Shown here: positions 10,869 through 24,100 of the stretch, one piece after another | How positions within the stretch are numbered: the stretch's first letter is position 1 | Layout: every line of letters starts with the position of its first letter | Assembly (NCBI GenBank): GCA_034661075.1 | Contig: JAYEKP010000098.1 | Span: 1-59,984 of the forward strand | Origin: Bacteroidota bacterium | GTDB lineage: Bacteria; Bacteroidota; Bacteroidia; Bacteroidales; UBA12077 | Reading direction: 5' to 3' | Length of the DNA: 59,984 nucleotides | The notes under the pieces: generated by a model | Database searches by the model: none | What the model saw: only the letters and a program-made list of their open reading frames with translations | Told to the model about the DNA's origin: nothing | Made by a program: the position numbers and the translations under genes

Positions 10869-11414
10869 TTACTTATCGGCCGTTATTTCGCTTTGAAAAT
10901 TTTTCTGAAATTCTTCAAATGATTTTGATTTATACGCATCATCAGCAAAAAATCTGAGAATAGGCTCCAGCCTTTCGGGGGTGTAATATTCGGGGACAGC
11001 AGTAAGCAGTTGGTTGTTTTCGTTCATATAGGCCACACTGGGATACGACATTTTGCCTTGTAACAAAGCTACTGCCAATTGATGAGGTGAACGGGTACTA
11101 TTCCCCTCGTTAATAAATTGTTTCCCGGCAAAAACAATGGTATCTCTGCTTTCTGCATCAAATTTTACGGCATAATAGTGCTCATTTAATAATTTGGCAA
11201 TGGTAGGATGTGAAAAAGTATTCGCATCCATTTTCTTGCACCACCCACACCAATCGGTATATACATTAATAAATATTTTTCGTTGTTCTTGTTGATTCAA
11301 TTCAACAGCCTCTTCAAAAGTATACCATCTTACTTCTTTCTTTTGGGCAAAGCTTTGCCCAATTATTCCGGCAAAAATTACAGTGAACAGTATTCGTAAA
11401 ATGCTTTTCGTCAT
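10869..11414 (-). CDS. Secreted thioredoxin-fold protein (DUF255-like)
   Basis: Signal peptide, WCGWC active site, YYAVKFDAE; ATG at 11414 preferred over the ORF-track start. Confidence 0.85.
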   Translation of the reverse strand: MTKSILRILFTVIFAGIIGQSFAQKKEVRWYTFEEAVELNQQEQRKIFINVYTDWCGWCKKMDANTFSHPTIAKLLNEHYYAVKFDAESRDTIVFAGKQFINEGNSTRSPHQLAVALLQGKMSYPSVAYMNENNQLLTAVPEYYTPERLEPILRFFADDAYKSKSFEEFQKNFQSEITADK

Positions 11415-11741
11415 AAAAATCGTTTCTTTAATTCGTGTAATATGCAATTATTTATATATATCATTACAACGCAAATTAAAATATTTTGTTCTAAAAATAC
11501 AATATCTTTTGGTGTGATAAAAATTTTAGGGTACAACAAATATATATAGTATGATCCTTAAAAGCATTTTTTTATAATATGTTAAGGAAAATATTTATTA
11601 ATGAGTAAAATTTTAATAAGCCCGTAAATTTTTGCTAAATTTGAGCTTTATAAATAAAATTAACGTTGAGTAAACATTGTTATTTCTTATATGTTTCTCA
11701 ATAATAATAAGATATTAATAATATAAAAAGGAGGAAAACTC

Positions 11742-13199
11742 ATGAGTGATATTCGTAATTTAGAACCCAAAATAGTATGGGATATATTTCAACAATTATG
11801 CGACATCCCTCGTCCATCGAAAAAAGAACGTAAAGCAGTAGATTTTGCTAAAAAATTTGGTGAAGATTTAGGGCTTGAAACCATTGTTGACGAAGTAGGG
11901 AATGTAGTTATAAAGAAACCAGCCACTCCGGGGATGGAAGATCGCAAAACGGTTATCTTACAAGGACACCTGGATATGGTTCCACAAAAAAATAGTGACA
12001 TCCAGCACGATTTTGAAAAAGATCCGATTCAAGCCTATGTGGATGGTGAGTGGGTTACTGCCAAAGATACAACGTTAGGTGCGGATAATGGTATTGGTGC
12101 GGCAGCTTCATTAGCCGTATTAAAATCAAAAGATATTGAACATGGCCCGGTTGAAGTATTACTTACCGTTGACGAAGAAACCGGAATGACTGGTGCAAGA
12201 GCATTAAAGCCAGGACTTTTAGAAGGTGAGATTTTAATCAATACCGACTCTGAAGACGAAGGTGAACTATATATTGGATGTGCTGGGGGTGTAGATACCA
12301 ATGCAAAATTTCATTATAAAGAAGAAGCCGTTCCTGCTGACACGGTTGCTTACCGAATAGATGTGAAAGGAATGAAAGGCGGACACTCCGGACTTGATAT
12401 TGCTTTAGGAAGAGGAAATGCAGCCAAAGTTCTAAATCGTTTTCTTTATCAGGTAAATAAATCACTTGATATTCGTTTAGCCGATATCCAGGTTGGGAAT
12501 TTGCGAAATGCTATTCCACGCGAAGGATATGCTGTGGTTGTGGTACCGAATGCTCAGGTTGGTGAATTTAAAAGTTTTATCGACGAATTGATTCCGGTAA
12601 TTAAAGATGAGTTATCAGTTACAGAATCTGACTTACAAGTTGCTTACAAAGAAACCGATATGCCCAATAAAGTTATTGATGATAAAACACAAAATAATTT
12701 AATTAAGGGTGTTTATGGTTGTCCAAATGGTGTAATGCGAATGAGCGATACCATGGAAGGTTTGGTTGAAACATCAACAAACCTGGCTGTTGTTAAAAAA
12801 GATGAAGGATTTATACGAGCCGAAACATTACAACGAAGCTCTGTGGATAGTGCTAAAGAAGATTTGGCAAACATGATTCGAAGCGTATTTGAATTAGCCG
12901 GAGCAGAAGTAGAGCATAGAGGAGCTTACCCCGGATGGAAACCAAATATTAATTCTCCTATACTAAAAATTATGCAGGATGTGTATAATAATAAATGGGG
13001 AAAAGTGCCTGAAATGAAAGGGATACATGCTGGGTTAGAGTGTGGTATCATTATGGAAAATTATCCTGATTTGGATACTATTTCGTTTGGACCAACAATT
13101 AGCTTCCCTCATTCGCCTGACGAAAAAGTTAATATTGAAACGGTTAAGAAATTTTATGAATTCTTAATTGAAACCTTAAAAAATATTCCTAAGAAATAA
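11742..13199 (+). CDS. pepD: Aminoacyl-histidine dipeptidase (M20C)
   Basis: LQGHLDMV, TTLGADNGIG, DEETG, GGHSG, HAGLECG and HSPDE motifs. Confidence 0.96.
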   Translation: MSDIRNLEPKIVWDIFQQLCDIPRPSKKERKAVDFAKKFGEDLGLETIVDEVGNVVIKKPATPGMEDRKTVILQGHLDMVPQKNSDIQHDFEKDPIQAYVDGEWVTAKDTTLGADNGIGAAASLAVLKSKDIEHGPVEVLLTVDEETGMTGARALKPGLLEGEILINTDSEDEGELYIGCAGGVDTNAKFHYKEEAVPADTVAYRIDVKGMKGGHSGLDIALGRGNAAKVLNRFLYQVNKSLDIRLADIQVGNLRNAIPREGYAVVVVPNAQVGEFKSFIDELIPVIKDELSVTESDLQVAYKETDMPNKVIDDKTQNNLIKGVYGCPNGVMRMSDTMEGLVETSTNLAVVKKDEGFIRAETLQRSSVDSAKEDLANMIRSVFELAGAEVEHRGAYPGWKPNINSPILKIMQDVYNNKWGKVPEMKGIHAGLECGIIMENYPDLDTISFGPTISFPHSPDEKVNIETVKKFYEFLIETLKNIPKK

Positions 13200-13242
13200 G
13201 ACCTCATAATTAATATATTTTAAGATTAATAATTAAAGTGTG

Positions 13243-13273
13243 AAGGATGCTGCTTACGTGGCATCCTTTTTTT
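13243..13273 (+). terminator. Intrinsic terminator after pepD
   Basis: aaggatgc...gcatcctt hairpin followed by a T-run. Confidence 0.8.
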
Positions 13274-13338
13274 GTGGATAAAAGTTTATATTGTTGGGTT
13301 TATTTCGTAATTTGTAACTGATATTTAACCCTTCAACA

Positions 13339-13995
13339 ATGAAAAGACATCTTTTTATATTATTTTTAATTTTATTTTTTGTAAGCTGTAGCCCTTATAT
13401 TTGGTTTCAATCGCCACAACCCGAAGGCCGAAAAAACCTCGACACTTTTCCAAATGAATTAATTGGGAAATATGTTTCCGTATCAGATAGTTCTATAATT
13501 ATTATTAATAGCGATAAAGTGATTAAACAGTATCATGAAAAATTGATGATGTCAAATACTGAATTTTATGAAGAAACTGGAGATTCGATAGCTAAGGATA
13601 CCAGTTTTCTATTTACCGATAACTGGCATATTAAGATGAAAGCATTTGGCGATTCGGTAAAAGTTTTTTCATGGAAAGATGAAACGCTTTTTCAAATTTC
13701 AGATGATCAGCTTTTAAGAGAATATAAGGGATACTATTTTTTGAATACAAAAGACACCAACAATTTATGGAAAGTTGAAATATTAAGACAGGCAAAAGAT
13801 ACGCTTGAATATGATGATATTTTGAAAAAAGAAGATATTGATAAAATTAAGTCAATTACCGCTGTTAAAGAAATAAAAGATACAACCAGAGAAAAAATAA
13901 CCAGATACTATCTTAATCCTTCGAAAAGAGAGCTGAGGGAAATTTTAAAAACCCGATCAAGAGGAGAAAAGTTTTTTAGAATTCATGAATTTTAA
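13339..13995 (+). CDS. Hypothetical lipoprotein
   Basis: Lipobox FVSC after a hydrophobic signal; F..PQP motif. Confidence 0.7.
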   Translation: MKRHLFILFLILFFVSCSPYIWFQSPQPEGRKNLDTFPNELIGKYVSVSDSSIIIINSDKVIKQYHEKLMMSNTEFYEETGDSIAKDTSFLFTDNWHIKMKAFGDSVKVFSWKDETLFQISDDQLLREYKGYYFLNTKDTNNLWKVEILRQAKDTLEYDDILKKEDIDKIKSITAVKEIKDTTREKITRYYLNPSKRELREILKTRSRGEKFFRIHEF

Positions 13996-14000
13996 ACACA

Positions 14001-17000
14001 TTACAATTTTATTCCCATTAAAATAATATCATCTAACTGGTCTAAATCTCCTTTCCATTTATTAAAGCGTTTTTCCAGAATTTCTTTTTGTTTATTCATG
14101 GGTTGATCTACAATTTCTGATAAAAGTTTTTTCAGGTTCGAAGATTTGAATTTTGTTTGTGCCGGCCCCCCAAATTGATCGGCATATCCATCCGAAAAGA
14201 TATAAATAGTATCATTGGGCTGAATATCAATGGTATGATTTGTAAAAGACTCTTTTTCGATATGATAAATACCAATAGGCATCCGGTCGGCTTTATATTC
14301 ATTTAACTTGCCGTTTCTAAAATGATAGAGAGGGTTAAAAGCACCTGCAAATTCTAACAGTGCAGTTTTTTTATGTAAAACGCACAGGGCAATATCCAAT
14401 CCATCTTTAGTTTCACCTTCTTTGCCGGTTTGGTGTAAAGAAAATTTAACTTTTTCGCGTAATTGGTTTAAAATTTTAGCTGCCGTAAGATTATTTTTTT
14501 CACTGCCAATAATTTCGTTTAACGACGATATGCCCAGCATGCTCATAAATGCTCCAGGGACACCATGGCCGGTACAATCGGCTGCGGTGAAATAAATCTT
14601 ATCATTATCTTCGGCAATCCAGTAAAAATCCCCACTTACAATATCGCGAGGTTTATAAAGAATAAAATATTCATCAAAGGATTTTTCAAAATGCTCATCC
14701 ATAGGTAGCATTGCTTTCTGGATTCTGCTTGCATATGTAATACTGTCTGTAATATCTTCCTTTTGTCTTAGGATTTCGTCACGTTGTATAGCTAGCTTAT
14801 CTCTTTGGGTTTCAATTTCTTCCTTTTGTTCTTGTATTTCAATGGTTCGTTCTTTTACCTTTTGCTCTAAAATTTTCTTATCATGTTTAAGTTTCTTTTC
14901 CCGAATTTTTAATATAAAATAAAAACTAATAATAGCAGCTAAACCAATTAAAATATAAAACCAAATCGTTTCGGTAAATGGAGGTTTAATCGTAAAATGA
15001 ATGGATTTTATCTGGCTTTTATTTCCTAATATATCTTTTGCTCTAACATGTAAGGTATATTTCCCGGGTTTAACAATTAGGTTGATCGTTGGGTTTGTAC
15101 TCCATTTAGACCAATCATTCATTAAGCCATCAACAAAGTATTGATATTGTGTTGTTTAGTTTTTTAAGTAACTGGGTGCAATGATATCAACATAAATTGC
15201 TTTATTATCCGGCTCAAATACAATATCTGACAATTCGAAACTTAACCCTTTATCATTGGTAATACTTTTAAAATAAACATTAAAAGCAGGTTTTGATTTA
15301 AAACTTATATTTTGGGCAATCTTATGTATTTGATTATTATTGTTTATTACCCAAAGGTTATTCTGACTGTCTGTGTTTATTGCATTGATATCATCAAAAA
15401 GTTTAAGTAACGATTCTTCAAAATTACTCCAGGGTTTATCCGCTTTTAAACACTTCCATTGTTGTTGGTTGTAAATCCAGGGTTTACCTTGTTCTGCAAG
15501 TAAGAATTTCAATTTTTCCTGACCTAAAAATTTATTTTTGTATATTTTAAAAGAATCAATTGCCTGGGTATAATAAAATATACCCGATTCGAGAAAAAGA
15601 AATAAAGTATCGTTAGTTATATCTAATTGGTAAATCTCAGGAAAATCAGTTTGTATTTTATATGATTTTATTGAAAGAGGCTCGCCCAATGAATCAATAG
15701 ATACCTGGAAAGCAATATTATCACCTCCAAGCCATATTTTTGATTCATAATTGGAGCAAATAGAATAAACAGGCTCTTGAAAATCAACAAACTGCGATTT
15801 GACATCTCATTCATTTTCATCGAAATGAATTAAAGATATTCCATTGTTAGTGGCAATATAAAATTTGTTGTTATCCGGTTGTTTACTTATAGAATTTATA
15901 TTTTTGTTTTTGATAATTTTATTTGCTTGTTGGTTTTCGATAGCGTATAATCCTGTATTTGCAGCTACTAAAATTCCATGTTCGGTTGATACCATTTGTT
16001 TACATTTATCATCAATGCCATCAACTTTTTTAAAAATATGATTTATTGATTTTAGTTCGCTTTTAGTTTTTTTTTACATAACGCGGTTTTGGAGATGTGG
16101 TTTTTGTTTTTTCTATTGGAGTATCTGGCTCTTTTTGATCTTTATCTTCTTCATCTTTACTTCCAAAAAGCCTGGAGAATAATTTACGGACAGGTTTTTT
16201 TGTTTCTTTTTCTTTTGTTCCTGTTTCTTGTTGTGTTGTAGTAGGTTGTTTTGTTGTAGCAGGTTTCGTTTTTACATAAATTTCCACCTCTTTAAAATCT
16301 TTTACTTCGTCTAAATAAAAAACACCTTCGTTTGTAGCAACATAAAGTTGATTATTGTGCCAAAGCGTTGAGATAAGGTTTCCTTTTAGTCCGGGATAAG
16401 TACTATAATTGCGGATGGGTAGGTTGAAATCGACTCTGCTTATACCAAATTCGTGAGTTAACCAAAGTCCGTTATTATTGTCTTTACCCAGGGCATAAAT
16501 TTCATCATCGGGCAATCCGTTTTGATAGTTAATAGTATAAACAATTTTCCCCGTTTTTTTACTAACAACTTCCACTCCTCCGTAAAGCGTGGCAAAAGCA
16601 ATTAAAGTGTCAGAAATCTCAACAGCATCAGCCAAAATGCTTTCTTTTAAGTAACCTTCGTCATTAATCTTATAATTGTAATATTTAATTCCATCGAAAG
16701 TATACAATTTGCTTTCGTCGGTTCCTACAATAACTCTTTGTTCGTTATAAGGGAGGCTGAAAAGGATTTCACTATTTTCTGTATAAAAACCGGTTACAAT
16801 AGGGAAAAGCGTGTCGCTTTCTAACCGGTAAAGACCTTCACCGGCTACGTTAAAAAACGTATTTTTTGAAGTTAGAATAATCCTTGTAAAAAATTTATTT
16901 TTAGCATTCCACCTTTTAAATATATTTGGATTTTCCATATTATGCCGGCTAATAGATTTTTCTCCATAAAAGAAAATGGTAGAATCGGTAAATTCTATCT

Positions 17001-17373
17001 TGGTTATGATGCCAACATCTAAAGTGTCGGGAACAAGCGAAATATATTCATATAAACCTAAGCTATTTTTTTCTAATACACCATAATTATTATTTGTTCC
17101 GACATAAACTTTATGGTTATATGGATTTTTCTTAACCACAAAGGGGATATAAGGTAGTTTGATGGTATTCCATTCATGCCCGTCGAACGTTAAAATTCCA
17201 CGGCGGTTAGCAAAAAGCATTATATTCTCATAATCCTGGCTTATACTCCAGTTTTGTGTTTCAAACTCCTTAGCTTCATTAAAGTGAGTAATAAAAGGAG
17301 TCCCCTCCTGAGCAAAAGTTTCGCAGACAATAAAAATAAATAGTAAAAAATAGATTCTTGTAATAAAATACAT
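14001..17373 (-). pseudogene. Disrupted sensor beta-propeller / Y_Y_Y / SpoIIE (PP2C) phosphatase
   Basis: Four ORF-track pieces join into one gene: +1 frameshift in the T9 run at 16067-16075, in-frame TGA at 15807-15809, in-frame TAA at 15156-15158. C-terminal PRDIVSGDFY, DCTGHGVPGA, SDGYADQFGG and DDI motifs. Confidence 0.88.
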
Positions 17374-17476
17374 CGTTTATCTATTTATAAAATCGTAGAT
17401 AAGTTACAAAAAAATGAGGAAAAAAGCTTGAAAAAACACAAGCTGTTGCAATTATTTGAAATTTTATCCCGTCTGT

Positions 17477-17842
17477 TTTAGCTGACGGTTTTTGAAAAAA
17501 ATCATTGGGTTAGCAGATACATAGGGGTGAAGACGAAGTAAAAACTAAAAACTAAAAAGCTTATTGGATTTACATACATAATTTTAAAAAATACTGTAGT
17601 TGATAAATATGGTAATGGTATCCGTCCAGCCGTTTCAATCGGCCAGACGGATTGGTAACAACAGTACAGCAGACATTCCTGTCTGCTGAAAAAATGAAAC
17701 AGTCTTGTCTGCCGAAAGAATACGACAACCCAGCGCACAAGAATGTGCGCTGTACTGTACTTTTTGGTAAACCGAAGGGTTAATCCCTCGGTTATAAACA
17801 ATACCTCCTATAAAAAAAATGCCACTGTTGAAAAGTTTTGGT
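17477..17842. repeat. Composite REP-like hairpin cassette, copy A
   Basis: Hairpins at 17620-17652, 17667-17688, 17731-17752 and 17770-17793; homologous to 27650-28128. Confidence 0.85.
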
Positions 17843-18063
17843 TGAATATACACTCAATCGGTATTATGTATTTGATCTTTTAACGCTGATGTTTATCAAT
17901 ACTTTTGCTGCATTTATCAAAAAAAAGAAAACCCTTTTTATTTACGTACGTTAAATAAATTTAGGTAAAAGGGGAAAGAGTATTTGTAAAAAAACAAACA
18001 AAATAGATTAAATTTAACCGATTGTTTTGGATTGCTGGCAGTTGCTATTTAAAAAAATTTTAT

Positions 18064-18071
18064 TACTTTTG
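18064..18071 (+). promoter_or_regulatory. Candidate -7 promoter box of the giant surface-protein gene
   Basis: TACTTTTG about 65 nt upstream of the ATG. Confidence 0.45.
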
Positions 18072-18134
18072 GTTTTTAAATTACATTGGGAAATTTTTGA
18101 TTCAATTAGCTAATTATTAACCTTATAATATTAG

Positions 18135-21100
18135 ATGTTTAAAAATTATTATCATATGATTAAATTAAGGAGATTTTTATTTTTAGTATTATTCATTGGA
18201 ATTTCCTTAAATACTTTTGCTCAGACTGTAATTTTATCTGAAGATTTTAATGGAAGTTTCCCTGCAGGATGGTCCAATATTGTCATTGATGGTCCTCCAA
18301 GATTCCCGGGCTGGGAATGGACTGATGTTGGTGGAAATCATGGAGGACAGCTCAATTCTACTACATCAGCCAACGGTTATATGATCTTGGATTCTGATCA
18401 GTATGGTATAGTGGGAGTAGGAGTAAACGAGGATGCTGAATTAATATCACCTTCATTTGACTGTAGCGATAAGGATATTATTAATTTTTCTGTTGAGCAT
18501 TGGGCCCGTTCTTATGGTAACGCTAATATTACAATATCTGTTAGCTCAGATAATTTTACAACAGAGGATATAATTTATAATTGGAGTGGTGGAATCGATG
18601 AAACTAATGGGGCGAATCCTGTTGTCTCAAATTTTGATATTTCAGCTTATGCAGCAAGAGAAAGTAATGTGAAAATAAAATTTAAATGGCAGGGTTCCTG
18701 GGATTATTGGTGGTTAGTTGATGATGTTCAGATTACCGGCCTAGAAGCACCCATTGGTAATACAACCGATTTGGTTTACTGGCTCCGCGGCGATTTAGGT
18801 GTAACTGGTGCTACCCCAATAACAAATTGGGCAGACCAATCATTAAATGGCAACGATGCGACGCCTGGTGGTACAGGACCCGACCAGATTGTTTCCCCTG
18901 ATATGAATAACCAGGAAGTAATGTCTTTCGATGGTAATCGTGAATTAAATATTGCCGATGATCCCAGGATAAATACAGGAACCGGGTACGATGGAACAGA
19001 AAGGACTATGTTTGTTGCATTTCAAACAGGAGCAGATGTAACTTCTACCCAATATATTTATGAACAGGGAGAAAATGTAAATGGAATTGGTGTTTATATA
19101 AAGAATGGAAATTTATATGTTACGGCTTATAATAATGACGCCGCAGATCGAGTTACGGTCTATGAATCTGTTAGTACCAACACTCCATATATTTTGTCGT
19201 TTAACTGGAATAACGGGGCGCTTTCTGCAAAATTAAATAATGTCAACTTTACTAATCAGTCTTCGACAGGAAATATAAATTCTATTAATAGTCACTTAGG
19301 GGATATATCCATAGGTTTTACTGATGGTACTACAAGAGATGAGACAGGAACAAGTGTTGGTGGAGGATTAAACTTTTCAGGAAAGATCGCAGAATTAATT
19401 TATTATGATGCAGCACTAACCGAAGTGGACGAAGTAGAAATTAATAATTACTTAGGCGACAGGTATGGGGTAGATGTTAGTGTAGACTACGACTACGATA
19501 TTTACTATTCCTATCAAACAGGCGACTGGGATGATCCCGATACCTGGACCTTTGATCTGGGAGGTACTACATTAACACCCACTGATATTCCGAATAAGAA
19601 CGATAAAGTAGTAATTTTAAATGACAGAACCGTTACCCTGACTACTGATGTAGATACTGCCGGGTTGGATATTACGGTGAAAGAAGGAGCTGTCCTGGAT
19701 TTAGCAAGCTACACCTTTACTAATGGTATAGCTACCCTTCAGGGGCAAGGTACTTTTAAGCTCGCTTCGGTTAATTATCCGTCTGTAACATCCAATTTGT
19801 TTGTGCTTGCCGGAGGAGGAACCACCGAATATTACAATGCTGCTAATTTTACTTTACCTCCTGCGCAAACCGAATACAACCATTTGCGGATTAATACCCC
19901 CGGCCCCGGCTTTACCGCAACCCAATTAAATAATATTACGCTTAATGGCGATTTACATGTGAAACAGGGCACATACCAAATTAATGATAACTCAGCAGCC
20001 TGCCGACAATTAACCATTCATGGGGATGTATTGGTGGATAATGGCGCAAGTATTACTACTGGTACTGGAAATACAGTTAGTGGTATCGAAGATGGAGGAA
20101 CAGCACCGTTCACAAATTACTACGACTTAAACTCACACAGGGTAGTTGTTTATGGTGATTTTACCAACAACGGAACCGTCCGGTTTACCAATCAAAGTTA
20201 TCCGGTATACAATGCCTTCCCAACTGATGGTATGGCAACGGTGTATTTTATGGGAGCAACTAACAATACCCTACACTGTAATGGTACCACCGATTTCTAC
20301 AACCTGGTGTTGGATAAAGGGATTGACCAGACCTATAAACTGTCCTTATATTCAACGGCTTACCAGAATTTCAGGCTTTTTGGACGGAACGATATTGGAG
20401 GTGAAAATGGCGGAGCAAATCCTGATTTACGAAAAGCTTTGTGGATTCGTACCGGTACATTGGAGCTTAAAGGAATGACCATTATTCCTTCATTAACTGA
20501 AGCCAACACAGGAGGATCACCCAATGGAGATTTTTACGTACCTGCTAATGCAGCTCTTCACATCAGTGGCAGCGAGGTAATTGTTTTATCTACAGCTGAC
20601 GATTATCGCGAAGTTAATCTGGCTTATGGGGTATCTGCAACATCCAACGATCAAATTGGAGTTCGTACATCAGGTGGTACACAGTCATTCTCTATATATG
20701 GAAAATTGCAGATTGATAATGGGGTTTTCTCCACTAGAGAATCAGGCGGTATTATCACCTGGGATGTTTCGTCAGGGGTATTAGTTATTAACGGCGGTAT
20801 TGTGGATGTAAAACAATACCGTTCGGCAGGAACCTCAGGTGGATTAGCTTCTTATACTCAAAGTGGTGGTACATTCCTTTTACGTGGCCGCTTTCAGCGT
20901 ACCCCGACCGCTTATTCATCTATTGCCAACCTAAAGGATTTTTCTACCGCAACGTTAAATACTACAAGAGAAACAGGAGGATTACAAGGTAATCTGGGAA
21001 CGTTTAACATTAATGAAGCCCCTAACGTATTCAGTATGTCTGGAGGAACCATACGTATTTATGATGTTTGTGGTACCGGAGAGAGTGAAGCCTTTCAGGT

Positions 21101-24100
21101 CTTTTCCGACGAAAACAATAATAGTGTAACCGGAGGAACCCTTGAAATTGTACCTACAGCAGGTACCACCGGTACAGATGCTACAGAATTTAGGATAGAA
21201 ACGACTGCAGACCTTTATAATCTTTCTATAAACCGCGCAAGCAGTACTGCTTCTGTAGATGTGAATCTGTATGATTTAACGGTAATTAATGACTTAACCA
21301 TTACTTCCGGAGAATTCGTGGCTAATGATTATGATATAACCATTGGTGGTGATTTTATCGTGGAAAACGGAACCACTTATACTCCTGGAAATAACTGGAC
21401 CATATTTAATGGAACGGGAACACAAAGTTTTGAAATAAATACAGGATCAGCCTTGGATTTGTATAAGTTTATGCTCGATAAACCTTCTGGTTATGTTTTA
21501 ACCATAGCCGGAACACAAAATGTACTGAATGTGGTCGACTCGCTGATGATTCAAAAGGGAACGCTGGCGGATGGCGGAAAAACCATTTATATGAACGGTA
21601 GTTTGTTGTATAATTCAGGAGTGCATGAAGGTACCGGTAAAATTGTGATGAATGCAACGAGCCCACAAATCATTACAGGAGATGGTAACGGCGTTTTTGA
21701 AAATATTGAGTTGAATAATACCGATGGCAGTGCAGCACCTGTTTCTTTAGGAGCAAATACAACCATCAATGGTACACTTACTTTTTCGCAGGATAATTTA
21801 TTTGACATTTCTACCTACAGATTAACCTTTGGAGCAGATGCAACGGTAGTAAATGCCGGAACCAATCGATTTATTCAAACGGCCGGAAATGCCGGAGATG
21901 GAGGAGTTAGTAAGGTTTATTCCACTTCATCAACAAGTTTTACCTTTCCAGTGGGAGCTCCTTCTACTAGTCATGCGGCTGCTGCCGAATATTCCCCGGC
22001 TACTTTATCGTTTAGTACTAATCCAACAACATTTGGAACAATAACAGTGGTGCCGGTAGGATACGAACATCCCAATACAACTAATAAAAACAGAAGCTTA
22101 ACTTATTTCTGGCGAACCAAATCCGAAGGGTTTACATTAGGTTCAGCTGTTATAAATCATGCATATACTTATTCTGATAACGATGTTATTGATAATGGAA
22201 CAACTATTACAGAAGATGAATATGTTGCAGCCATGTATGATAATGCATCCTATACATGGACTAAGTATAATGTAACAGATGTGGAGGATGGTACGAATAC
22301 AATAGGAGGAACAGGAACATCTTTGGCATCACTTAATTACATTGATGGTGAATTTACTGCTGGTGATGATACACCGATCGCTGATGATCCTTTTGGAACA
22401 CCGGTAGTTTATTATAGTGTTGCAGATGGTTTCTGGGGTGATGCATCAACTTGGTCGAATACAAGTGGAGGAACACCTGGTGCAGGTGTACCCGGGCAAA
22501 ATGATGTTGTAATTATAGAAAACAATCATACTGTTGAATTAGAACATAATGGGGCTGATTATCCAATGAATTATGATGTTAGAAGTTGTGCAACATTGAA
22601 AATTGAGGAAGGTTCAGTGTTAGATATTAAAAGTAATACTGCCAGTACGTTTAGTACAGTTTTAAGTCATCCTAATGGTAATGGGTTATTTAGAGTTACC
22701 ACTGAAAAAGCTCCTGATAATTCAGAACCACAATTTTTTACTTTTCCTTCTGGAGATTTTTCAGATTTTAATTTGAATGGTGGAACAACCGAATACTATG
22801 ATATAGATGGAACAGTTGGAGCTCTTTATATTTTGCCACCCAATGTTACGCAATATGGAAACCTTATTCTTACTGCCAGAGGAGGCGCTAATTTGGTATT
22901 GCCAAATAATTCATATACGACAATAAATGGCGATTTTACATGTACTGGAAATCAAACTATAGCATGGATCGCTATGTCGTGGAATACAACTGTCGGGCCT
23001 TATTATACCGATGATTATGATCCTACACTGGAAAAAACAGTTCACATTAAGGGGGATATGTTAGTTGATGCAGGAAGCTTTGAGTTTTTTAATGATGAAG
23101 CAGTCCAACATTTAATCGTGGAAGGAGATCTTACTATTGCTGAAGGCGCTGTTTTGGAGACATATGGGGATTATCCATTTGCTACGCCTGTAGTTACCAA
23201 TACTATTAAAATTGGAGGGTCATTAACTAATAATGGTACTTTTAGATTAAGACGAAATGCCGAAGGAAGAACATATATAGTTAATGCAACTTTTTATGGG
23301 GGAAATACTTCAAGAATAACGAATACAGCCGGTACACCTACAACCATTTTTAATGATGTTACTGTTAATAAAGGTACATCACAAGCCGATTCCTTAATTG
23401 TTGATATTGAAGGGACCTTATCAACCCCAACAGATGCTTGGCTAACCCTTGAAAATGGAACATTTTATTACGAACATGACGGCGATTTAAGAATTACTGA
23501 AGACAGCCAATTTACCATTCCTGCAACAGCTGCTCTTTCAATCAACTCTCCGGGTAATACAGTATATCTGGCCAACGATAATGTAAATGATAACGATGTT
23601 TACCTAAACGGAAAACTAACCATTATTGACGGAGATGTTTTTATAGGTCAACCGGGTGCCCCAAGCAATAATAATGATATTGAGTATTCGGGTGGTGGAA
23701 ATTCTACCATTGATATTCAGGGCGGTAGTTTGACTGTGAATGGACAAATTAGGAGAAATCCATCTACATCAACAGGTATTTTAAAATATAATCAATCAGG
23801 TGGAGCTGTTACCATTAATGGGCGTAACACCATTACTGAAAATGCAAAACTCGAAATCTTAAATAATGGAAGTGAATTCAATATGTCCGGGGGTACACTC
23901 ACTATTGTGCGTGGAGGTGGAGGTGGAGGTGGAGGTGGAGGAGGAACCTTTGGTGATTTATACCTTCGTCCGGATAACTCAACCGTAACTGGAGGAGAGA
24001 TAATATTTAACCCCGGCGCTGCGGGTGCTCAAAATTTTATTTTTGATGCCGATATCCCCATTTGGGATTTAACAGTCAATACTGATGCAAATGTCGAATT

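Noticed and set aside
15807-15809. Selenocysteine TGA
   Set aside because: Context fits Trp (ENE-W-DV) in a propeller, not a redox site; the gene has two other lesions
17502-17853. ORFs 17502-17801 and 17635-17853
   Set aside because: Translations of the hairpin cassette with no protein-like features
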